Source of the DNA: a virus
Taxonomy: Duplodnaviria > Caudoviricetes
Virus record (IMG/VR): IMGVR_UViG_3300029998_000597
DNA: 64,000 nucleotides
Direction: 5' to 3' (one strand)
Notes under the pieces: generated by a model
Databases searched by the model: none
The model's input: only the letters and a program-made list of their open reading frames with translations
Told to the model about the DNA's origin: nothing
Translations under genes and position numbers: made by a program
In this document: positions 56,530-64,000 of the stretch, one piece after another
Position numbering within the stretch: the first letter of the stretch is position 1
Layout: every line of letters begins with the position of its first letter

Positions 56530-57276
56530 TTATAGTGAGCGATACACAACATCTGGCATTCCAGAACCATATAAGTTAATTTCCTGTTTTAATTCTGGAG
56601 TAATTTCATTTTCACTTGGGAATTTCTTCAATGTATTTGCGTAAATCGAGCTATCAGGGTTAAATATGTCTACAGGTACGTATTTCCAATCAGATGGGGA
56701 ATAATCATCGTTCCATTGATCTGAATTAACAACATTAAACCCATTTTTTGAATATAATCCTGTTAAAAATCCATCAAAATGATCCATTTTAGTGCCACCT
56801 AATGATACAGCTGATTTAACTAAAGCTCCACCTAACCCACCAATACCACTATTATTATGAAGTGAAACTATGTCACCATCCAACTTAATAGCAAACCCAA
56901 TATTATAACCTTTCAGTTTATATGTTTTCATTTGTCCATATTCATCTTCGGTGTAATCACTTAAAAATTCACCACGATTACCATATTTTAATGAATTCTT
57001 AAATTCAATATTATTATTAACATCATATTGGTTACTACCGATTAAATCCAAGACATTTTGTTGATCACCAGATTCGGTTAAATTTGTAGCATCCAACTCC
57101 ATAGACAACGATTCAGATAATCTATGTGAATATCGATTTATTTCCGATATGGTTACAAATGATTCAAATAACCTTTTTTGTGTGTTTTTTAGATTATAAT
57201 CGTACTCGCTTAATATTTTAAATTGCTTTAATTCTTTTTTCATTATATATTTTGTTTTTTTAATAATTAGCCACAA
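56530..57276 (-). CDS. GNAT-like domain protein of the phage polyvalent-protein type (likely start 57243)
   Basis: GDIVSLHNN.G..GLG..LV..A...GG.K.DHFDG.L..LY...GF. Confidence 0.5.
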   Translation of the reverse strand: MWLIIKKTKYIMKKELKQFKILSEYDYNLKNTQKRLFESFVTISEINRYSHRLSESLSMELDATNLTESGDQQNVLDLIGSNQYDVNNNIEFKNSLKYGNRGEFLSDYTEDEYGQMKTYKLKGYNIGFAIKLDGDIVSLHNNSGIGGLGGALVKSAVSLGGTKMDHFDGFLTGLYSKNGFNVVNSDQWNDDYSPSDWKYVPVDIFNPDSSIYANTLKKFPSENEITPELKQEINLYGSGMPDVVYRSL

Positions 57277-57304
57277 AGGTAATATTTAAACCGCAATAAC
57301 CCAA
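57274..57304 (-). promoter_or_regulatory. TTG-N20-TAnnTTTG promoter
   Basis: + strand CAAAGGTA 57274, CAA 57302. Confidence 0.7.
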
Positions 57305-57316
57305 ATTAATTAACTT

Positions 57317-58348
57317 CTATTCGAAATTATTTATTTTAGCCAACAACCAATCTCTACCTTTTTTTGATATACCACCTGTAACGGCTTTTGGTTCCAAATT
57401 ATTCCCAATCAAAACATCTGTTTCTTCTTTAATAATATCATTAGCTAACCATCTCAAGAAATCACCCATCTTCTCAATAAACAAAACTCCGTTACCGTAT
57501 ATTTTTTCAAGCCCTTGGTTTAATCTATTTTCAGTAACAGCATACTCAATAAATTCATTAATTGAATTCATTCTATCTATATCGATTGCAACCAATTCCT
57601 TCGTTTTTGAAATTTTACTTTTTTCGGCTTTTACTTTAAACCTAAGTTTTTCACCAGTTTCAGTAAAGAAAGTGTAAACTATGCCTTCTCCCCTACCTTC
57701 AACACCCATAGCGTCACCAAATGGGCATTTAATACCAACTTGGGTAGTTATTTCAGTTAGTTTATCTAAAGCTGCCTGAGGCTCGTTAAAATCAATTTCA
57801 ACTTCAAACGTTGGGAAGTCATATATGTTATAAATATCATTTTCAGGTGAACGCAATAGTTTAATTTGATCTATTGGCGCATATTTATTATCACCTTTTG
57901 AATTATCTTCATATGATCGCTTAATGTCATATATAACAAATATTCTTGGAAGCTGACATACGGCCATTCCAGCCTGTATCCCTTTTCCTGCAAATTCACC
58001 AAAAATAGTTATGTAATCATATCCTTTGAAATCAATTTTATTTAGTAGATCTTTAAAAACATCTTTTTTTGATTCTAACGTGAAAGCAAAATTATAATTA
58101 TCATTCTTTAAAGTCAATATATTGTCTTTTGATTGAGCCCAGATTTCACCATTTTTATTCATTGAAATCCCTCCGTTTGTTCCATCAATTTTTATTGTAC
58201 CTGAAACTTTGATAATTGGAAGAGGAATTGTTGTATCATACATACAGTCCCCATTTTCATCCTTACCAATGTATTGCGTTCTATGTTTAATTGTTGAATA
58301 AATTTCCCTAAATTGACCTATGTCCGAGAATTTGCAAAGTTTTTTCAT
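57317..58348 (-). CDS. RNA ligase (Rnl2-like nucleotidyltransferase)
   Basis: KIDGTN motif I, IFGEFAG, FVIYDI, EGIVY, FKVK. Confidence 0.8.
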   Translation of the reverse strand: MKKLCKFSDIGQFREIYSTIKHRTQYIGKDENGDCMYDTTIPLPIIKVSGTIKIDGTNGGISMNKNGEIWAQSKDNILTLKNDNYNFAFTLESKKDVFKDLLNKIDFKGYDYITIFGEFAGKGIQAGMAVCQLPRIFVIYDIKRSYEDNSKGDNKYAPIDQIKLLRSPENDIYNIYDFPTFEVEIDFNEPQAALDKLTEITTQVGIKCPFGDAMGVEGRGEGIVYTFFTETGEKLRFKVKAEKSKISKTKELVAIDIDRMNSINEFIEYAVTENRLNQGLEKIYGNGVLFIEKMGDFLRWLANDIIKEETDVLIGNNLEPKAVTGGISKKGRDWLLAKINNFE

Positions 58349-58349
58349 A

Positions 58350-58640
58350 TTATCTATTTTGTGAGTGTATATGGTTAATTCTTAATTTTAAACTTGTGTT
58401 TTCATACGTAAGTATTTGATTTCTCTCTTTTAATTTGTTATTTTTGTTTTCCAAACCTTTAATATGATTATTTTTTCGAACATCATCTTCAATTTTAGAG
58501 TGTTTTTCTTCTAATTTATTTAAATCGTGTTTTAATTCCAGTATATAGGCATTGGCTTTTCCTAGTTCAATTCTCAATTCTTTAATAATAACATAATCTG
58601 GAACTTTTAATAAATCTGGATAATTTTCAGCATCTTTCAT
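58350..58640 (-). CDS. coiled-coil hypothetical protein
   Basis: ORF in the - run. Confidence 0.7.
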   Translation of the reverse strand: MKDAENYPDLLKVPDYVIIKELRIELGKANAYILELKHDLNKLEEKHSKIEDDVRKNNHIKGLENKNNKLKERNQILTYENTSLKLRINHIHSQNR

Positions 58641-58664
58641 AAATATGCAAGCTAATTAATTAAA

Positions 58665-59228
58665 TTATACATAAATTATATTTTCATTTTCATAATTATT
58701 CATATCACTGACCGTTCCTTCTAAAAAGAAATCACGTTCAATTCTGCAAGTATGATATTTTTCCCACTCTATTGGTAACATCAATTTCTGACATTTTGAT
58801 AATGCTTCTAAGGATTGTAGTAATTCGTATTTTGAATCAACCCCAGTCGATAATCCTAAATGTTCGAGCGACTTAGGTTCAAATCCCAATTTTTTAACAT
58901 CCAATTCTCTTTCGGAATACTCATCAAAGAAACAATTTGAAATCCAGCATTTTAATGGCCTATAACCTTTAACCCAAGAACGATAACTAACATCACTCTC
59001 TTTTTCAACCGAAAATTCATACCAATCAAAAATTATCTTCTCTTCAACATTTTCATCAATATCAAGTCGTATATCATCAAAATTAAAATAATAATCACCA
59101 ATCATTATAATATCCCCAATTTCTTTACCAACCCAATAACCATCTTGAATGTTAAATTCGTGTTTTTCACAAAAAAGTTGAAGATATTTATTAACAATTT
59201 TCTCGTAAGATTCTTTTAATTTTTTCAT
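58665..59228 (-). CDS. hypothetical protein
   Basis: ORF in the - run. Confidence 0.7.
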   Translation of the reverse strand: MKKLKESYEKIVNKYLQLFCEKHEFNIQDGYWVGKEIGDIIMIGDYYFNFDDIRLDIDENVEEKIIFDWYEFSVEKESDVSYRSWVKGYRPLKCWISNCFFDEYSERELDVKKLGFEPKSLEHLGLSTGVDSKYELLQSLEALSKCQKLMLPIEWEKYHTCRIERDFFLEGTVSDMNNYENENIIYV

Positions 59229-59447
59229 TTATTTAATTTTTATTGGTTTAATTATTATATTATCAATACTATCAATGGTATAACAATTAGGGCAATAATG
59301 CTTTCCTTCATCTTCTATCCAACCACTTTCAGATGCATCATCCCAGGCCGTCGATTCGTCATTCCAACACGAATAATCTGAATCTTGTCCACTAAACTTT
59401 TTACAATTATCACACTGTACTGTAAACATTTTAACTTCTATTATCAT
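59229..59447 (-). CDS. zinc-finger protein
   Basis: CDNC...HYCPNC. Confidence 0.7.
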   Translation of the reverse strand: MIIEVKMFTVQCDNCKKFSGQDSDYSCWNDESTAWDDASESGWIEDEGKHYCPNCYTIDSIDNIIIKPIKIK

Positions 59448-59809
59448 AAACTATCAATTTTAAATTTTATTGGGTCTTTTCTATATTCTCTAAGTGATTT
59501 TGATAGTAATTTTAAATATCCTTCTGGATCTCCACCAATATATCCATCACAAATACCTATTCCCATTATATGGATTATAAATGAGTCATCCGTCATTTCT
59601 TCACTTATTTTCATATCATAGTAATATGAACCATTCACCATTGAGTAGTAATCACAATCAGGCTCAAAATTTACATTATATCTTTTTAGTATTCGTTTAT
59701 GTTTATTAATAAATATTGCTGTTTTCATATATATATATATATTATTTTTGAATTTACTATTTAAAATTATCTTGTTTCGTAGTATCGTACATATCCGCAA
59801 TGTGGACAA
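59444..59809 (-). CDS. hypothetical protein (likely start 59728)
   Basis: ORF in the - run. Confidence 0.6.
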   Translation of the reverse strand: MSTLRICTILRNKIILNSKFKNNIYIYMKTAIFINKHKRILKRYNVNFEPDCDYYSMVNGSYYYDMKISEEMTDDSFIIHIMGIGICDGYIGGDPEGYLKLLSKSLREYRKDPIKFKIDSL

Positions 59810-59979
59810 CTAATAGTACCATCGGCATCATCATAAGAATAATGTCCACATCTACTACAAGTAGGTCTTAACCATCTTTCACAAATATATATCAGTAACC
59901 TTATTTTACGGGTTAAACGTTTTATTTTTCGCATTATTGAATACATAAAATAATTATTCTCATTGATTTTTTGCTTCAT
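59767..59979 (-). CDS. zinc-ribbon protein
   Basis: CSRCG..CPHCG. Confidence 0.6.
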   Translation of the reverse strand: MKQKINENNYFMYSIMRKIKRLTRKIRLLIYICERWLRPTCSRCGHYSYDDADGTISCPHCGYVRYYETR

Positions 59980-60214
59980 TAAACCATTTATTTATTTTTT
60001 GTTTATATTTTTCCACCCTAATATTATAATCTTCCAGCATCTGATTTTCAGGATTAAATCTTATAGTGTTTGTTTCAAATCTATTAAAACTATTATCTAA
60101 ATCCTTACATATAAAACTTAAATTTTTAAACATAGAATCTTCTTCAAATTCAAACATATATGGCCTTTTCATAGATTGAACCTTCATGATAAATTCTTTT
60201 TTAGTTTTTACCAT
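59960..60214 (-). CDS. hypothetical protein
   Basis: ORF in the - run. Confidence 0.65.
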   Translation of the reverse strand: MVKTKKEFIMKVQSMKRPYMFEFEEDSMFKNLSFICKDLDNSFNRFETNTIRFNPENQMLEDYNIRVEKYKQKINKWFNEAKNQ

Positions 60215-60217
60215 ACG

Positions 60218-60520
60218 TTATTTTTGATTGTTAATTAAACGTTCTAATATATTTGTGATAAAATAGTCAATGCTTTCTAAATCAAATAAACGAATATCAG
60301 TATCACACTTTTCACCATCTTTAAAATGGTTTGATATAACCGAAATAGTACTTTCTTCACAAATTAATTTTGTTATGAAAAAACCATAGTCCAAGGTTGT
60401 CTCAATACAAAGTTTTTCGTTAATATCAATATCCACAATACCATCTTTATTTAAAGAAAGTAAACGACCCATATTCTCTTTTATAATTTGGGTTTTTAAA
60501 GCCGTAATCCGTTTATCCAT
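60218..60520 (-). CDS. hypothetical protein
   Basis: ORF after the promoter. Confidence 0.7.
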   Translation of the reverse strand: MDKRITALKTQIIKENMGRLLSLNKDGIVDIDINEKLCIETTLDYGFFITKLICEESTISVISNHFKDGEKCDTDIRLFDLESIDYFITNILERLINNQK

Positions 60521-60544
60521 TTTACATATTTTTTTATTTCAAAA

Positions 60545-60575
60545 CAAATGTACAAAAAAAATCCCTAAAAAACAA
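60545..60575 (-). promoter_or_regulatory. TTG-N20-TAnnTTTG promoter
   Basis: + strand CAAATGTA 60545, CAA 60573. Confidence 0.85.
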
Positions 60576-60610
60576 GTTTCTTAGGGTATTTTAACATTAA
60601 ATGTTTTATT

Positions 60611-61099
60611 TCAGATTACCTTTTTAATATATTCCATCAATAAATAATTTATATTTGACTCAATTAATTTTGATTCAAAATATGGTTCATTAGCTAACTT
60701 GTTACTCGACCTTTTTATACCAGAATAGTATTTATCAAAATCAGATTGCGCTTTCTGTTTCCAATCATCTGGCCGATTTATTATCGGTAAACTTTCTTTA
60801 GGTACATTATTTTTTTCGAGTTCTTTGGGGTCAAAATTTTTATATTTATCTCCGAATATATCAATAGTATCTTGTAAGTTATTTTTCTCAATCAACTTAA
60901 TATATTTATCCAAATTACGATTTACTAAATCCCTATTAGACCTACCGTAAATACGTGTAAGCGACCTTCGCATATATTCAATATAATTAATAGCAGCCTG
61001 TGTTTTAGACTCACCAAAAGACTCTGTTATAATTTTTTTAACCAAATTAGTAAGTTGGCTCTCATTTAGACTTATTAATGTTTTATTTTCCATTAGCAT
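60611..61099 (-). CDS. hypothetical protein, putatively late/virion-associated
   Basis: ISLNESQLTNLVKKIITES leader; TATTTATA at 61100-61107 and 61115-61122. Confidence 0.7.
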   Translation of the reverse strand: MLMENKTLISLNESQLTNLVKKIITESFGESKTQAAINYIEYMRRSLTRIYGRSNRDLVNRNLDKYIKLIEKNNLQDTIDIFGDKYKNFDPKELEKNNVPKESLPIINRPDDWKQKAQSDFDKYYSGIKRSSNKLANEPYFESKLIESNINYLLMEYIKKVI

Positions 61100-61159
61100 T
61101 ATAAATATTTTTAATATAAATAGTGTAGAAAAATAAAAAAGATTTAGTTTATTAATTTT

Positions 61160-61471
61160 TTATTTGACAATACCAAGGTTTCCCCAACGACTTTTTAATA
61201 TTTTTGTTTTGCCATCTTTATCAACAAAAATAACCAATTCGGCTTTCATTGGTTTTCTAAGAGGTGATATACTTGGGTTATTATCAAAAGAGAAATGTTT
61301 TAAAGATAGCTCTTTAATAAGTGTTTTTCTATTTTCATAACGTAGATTATCCCTAAACAAAACGATTGTTATAACATCTTCAATCATCCCATTATCATAT
61401 TTTGGTAAAAGATAAGATGATAATTTATCCACCGAAATAAGATCCTCTTTAATTAATTCTTCTGCTTTCAT
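61160..61471 (-). CDS. hypothetical protein
   Basis: ORF in the - run. Confidence 0.7.
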   Translation of the reverse strand: MKAEELIKEDLISVDKLSSYLLPKYDNGMIEDVITIVLFRDNLRYENRKTLIKELSLKHFSFDNNPSISPLRKPMKAELVIFVDKDGKTKILKSRWGNLGIVK

Positions 61472-61741
61472 ATTTGTTTTTTAAATAGCTAATTATTATA
61501 TAATAGATTAAAAAAAGAATTACCGATTTTCACAAACTGGCAATTCTTATTGGTTGTGTAAAAAAAACAGTAAAAGTTGTGTAAAATATGATTTGAATTA
61601 CAAACAATACAACCAATTTATTTTACAACTTATTTCACCCCGAATTTTTGTATTAAAAACATATCAGAAACAACTAAGATTAGTTTTTAAATTGTTAATT
61701 ATTTTAGTTTAACTTTTCAGGGTAAAATAAGTATTTTTTCA

Positions 61742-62119
61742 CTATTGAAGCATCGATTCAAGTTCTTCGATAGACTTCTCTCCAAGTTGAAGTTCTTTTT
61801 TAGCAGCTATAAGCTCGATAATTTTCTTATTGTTAAGCCTTTTGGCAGCTTCAGTTCTTGCAGTTTCTTCTTCCGTTTCAATAGTATCTAACACATCTGA
61901 AACGATTGATAATTTCAATTTTAAAAGCTCAACATTCTTACCTCTAACTCCAGTAGACCTTCTTGATACCTTACCAAGCTTTTCAACTTGATCAGTTAAA
62001 CTCTCTTCCGCTAAAATAAGAGTTTCCTTATCTGTTCCAAACAACTGTTCTACCGACAAAGGGCCTTTAACAGTAACAATTCGTAATCCCAGCTTTGCAG
62101 CTTCTTTGTACATTTCCAT
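61742..62119 (-). CDS. conserved phage coiled-coil protein
   Basis: AAKLGLRI.T.KG.LSVEQL; KSIEELE. Confidence 0.75.
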   Translation of the reverse strand: MEMYKEAAKLGLRIVTVKGPLSVEQLFGTDKETLILAEESLTDQVEKLGKVSRRSTGVRGKNVELLKLKLSIVSDVLDTIETEEETARTEAAKRLNNKKIIELIAAKKELQLGEKSIEELESMLQ

Positions 62120-62156
62120 AATAATTAATTGTTTTAATTTTGTTAGTTAATAATTT

Positions 62157-64000
62157 TTAAAATTTAATTTTGATAACTCTTTTAAATGAACCTTGTAGTC
62201 TAACTACTATCTCATCCCTTACAGTGGCATTAAATCCAAGACCTGATAGCTGTTTATCTGTTGGCTTAATCATATTAGTCGCACCAAGTACCTCCAATAC
62301 TTTTCTATGTTCAGCCAATTCAGGTAATAGGTTTTCATTATGAAAACTTCTAATATCTGTTGGACATTTACAACCATCTAACATAAATAAATAGTGCTTA
62401 TTACCAACATTATTATCACCCCAATGGTTAGGTGAAAGGCATACTAAGTTAACCTTATGAAAATTATTTGTTTCCAACCCATAAACTTCTTTTGATAAAT
62501 TTGTACTTTCCTTTAAAGTCATATAAGCATCAGGATGTAATTCAAACATACCATTTTTAACTACAATATTACCGACCTCAGCTTTATTACCTGAATGATT
62601 CCTATCATATGTTAATGTTGTAATATCACCCTCAATTTCAATTTCAATATCAAATGGAACTCTTAATCCTCTTTGTGAGTAATTTTCAACCCAAATTTTT
62701 ATATTTCCATTTTTTATTTTTGATTTATCTGTAAATATTATGTTTTCTACTCTTTTTTCTGGGGTTTGAGCACCGTCTACACCTTGAGCATCTAAATCTA
62801 GCATTCCAGAAGAGTTGTGTTTTTGTCTTACATTTGAATAATAAATATGGTTTCCATCAGTATCTTGTACGTGAAGATCGTAGTCATCAGTAGTTAGAGG
62901 GAATGCCAAACTTATTCTAACATCACCAATCACATTTCCACCACGTCCTTTAACAGCTTCTTTGATTTGAGATTTACCTGCTAAATTACCATTAAAAGTC
63001 CAAGAGTAGTTATTATTCCATTTAAAAATAGGCTTACTTTCAGACTTGTTTGAAGTGGTAAGTGAAACCAAATTACCCTCATGTTTACTTAACAAAAAGG
63101 CTTCCACAGAGGTACAATTAGGTAGAATATCAGACATAAACTTATCAATTGTAACTTCATCAATACCATCGAATTCACTCCTCTTGTGTCTTGTCGAAGT
63201 AGATTTTACATTATCGAATATTGAAACATTTTTAATAGATCCATCCCCCATATTAACGTGAAGTATTTCGGATGCCTTTATATCATCAATGGTAGCAAAC
63301 CTTCTATCAAAAGATTCGACAAATCCATTTTCCTCTACAAATAATTTTGCCTCCTCAATTTGTTTCTTGGTAATAGGGGTAGTTGTTTTCATATAATTAA
63401 TTGGATCAACACGTTTATTCCAAGATTTACAAGCTTCGTTAAGTTCCTTACCCTCAGACAATTCACTACAAAGTACACCAATCAGTTCGTTACGGAACTT
63501 AGCAAGCTGATTATTATATGAAGCCACCCAGCAATAATTATCTTTCTCTTTTTGAGATTTAGACTCATATTCTGTTTTAAACGTGATCATTTTTTCAACC
63601 TTAAATAAATGAGTTTTACCATCAAGTAGTGACTCCTGATTGATTAAATCTTTTACAAGTATCAATGTATCTAATGAAATTTCTTCCATCCCACGTTGAA
63701 AAACATTTTTTGAATCTCTATAATTACCAATTATACTTTCAACTGAAGAACCAGTTTGATCAACGAATTGTTTTGATATAGATAAATTGAAATGGTCGAA
63801 AGTTATTTCTTCATTTGGCTTTACAACACCGAACATTTCAGCCTCCTCTTTCGTATACCTTTTTGTATTTTTTTCAACACCTAATTTAAATGTAGCTTGT
63901 GTTTTAGTACAATTCTTTTCATAAGGTAATGAGTTTAATTCATTATATGTTTCAAAGAATACCTCAACTATTTTAGAATTTGCTATTAAATTATTTAATG
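62157..64000 (-). CDS. large conserved phage protein with YfaP/DUF2135-like domain (5' end beyond window)
   Basis: Frame stays open from 63836 to the edge; DDYDLHV..G..IYY, LDLD, VENI; SPNHWG..GNKH. Confidence 0.75.
   Translation of the reverse strand, partial: LNNLIANSKIVEVFFETYNELNSLPYEKNCTKTQATFKLGVEKNTKRYTKEEAEMFGVVKPNEEITFDHFNLSISKQFVDQTGSSVESIIGNYRDSKNVFQRGMEEISLDTLILVKDLINQESLLDGKTHLFKVEKMITFKTEYESKSQKEKDNYCWVASYNNQLAKFRNELIGVLCSELSEGKELNEACKSWNKRVDPINYMKTTTPITKKQIEEAKLFVEENGFVESFDRRFATIDDIKASEILHVNMGDGSIKNVSIFDNVKSTSTRHKRSEFDGIDEVTIDKFMSDILPNCTSVEAFLLSKHEGNLVSLTTSNKSESKPIFKWNNNYSWTFNGNLAGKSQIKEAVKGRGGNVIGDVRISLAFPLTTDDYDLHVQDTDGNHIYYSNVRQKHNSSGMLDLDAQGVDGAQTPEKRVENIIFTDKSKIKNGNIKIWVENYSQRGLRVPFDIEIEIEGDITTLTYDRNHSGNKAEVGNIVVKNGMFELHPDAYMTLKESTNLSKEVYGLETNNFHKVNLVCLSPNHWGDNNVGNKHYLFMLDGCKCPTDIRSFHNENLLPELAEHRKVLEVLGATNMIKPTDKQLSGLGFNATVRDEIVVRLQGSFKRVIKIKF

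Noticed and set aside
59726-59742. (AT)n microsatellite
   Set aside because: Short, in very AT-rich DNA, and not in a confidently coding segment.
2826-63261. Many 60-130 aa track ORFs antisense to or nested in longer genes (e.g. 2826, 7996, 9432, 22485, 35302, 48483)
   Set aside because: Shadow ORFs with no motifs or expression signals.
1-64000. Stop-codon reassignment as in some large gut phages
   Set aside because: Long conserved genes are intact under the standard code, and TAG, TGA and TAA all end genes. The two internal TAAs look like point lesions.
1-64000. tRNA genes, cas genes, reverse transcriptase/DGR, introns or inteins
   Set aside because: No cloverleaf/T-loop, HEPN pair, RT motif, template-variable repeat pair or splice signature was seen by eye. 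A tRNAscan/HMM run would be needed to exclude them fully.

Overview
A 64 kb segment of a very AT-rich, gene-dense jumbo/huge bacteriophage, most likely infecting a Bacteroidota host. Host evidence: at least 12 TTG-N20-TAnnTTTG promoters, genes without Shine-Dalgarno sites, and DUF4494-like and DUF3127-like genes. Genes run mainly on + up to about 26.4 kb and on - from 26.6 kb to the end. There are no structural genes, tRNAs or cas genes, and the standard genetic code fits. Recognisable functions: GMP reductase/IMPDH, SSB, three DNA methyltransferases, a ClpC/B ATPase, a 5'-3' exonuclease, an IS200/IS605 tnpB element, a NARP1-type NAD+ rebuilding pair (PRS-like + NAMPT-like), an RNA-repair toolkit (PNK, RNA ligase, CCA enzyme, RlaP-like NTase, HAD-SAK), two macrodomains, an RlmN-like radical SAM enzyme and several repeat-rich homing-type endonucleases. 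Two features stand out. (1) A Cas13b-style mini-array (36-nt repeats, 29-nt spacers, period 65) whose first repeat encodes the C-terminus of a small orphan gene. (2) Three cassettes in which a tiny ribbon-helix-helix gene, missed by the ORF track, is coupled to a CPxHG-repeat endonuclease behind a TATTTATA motif. All family assignments come from motif recognition by eye; no database search was run.
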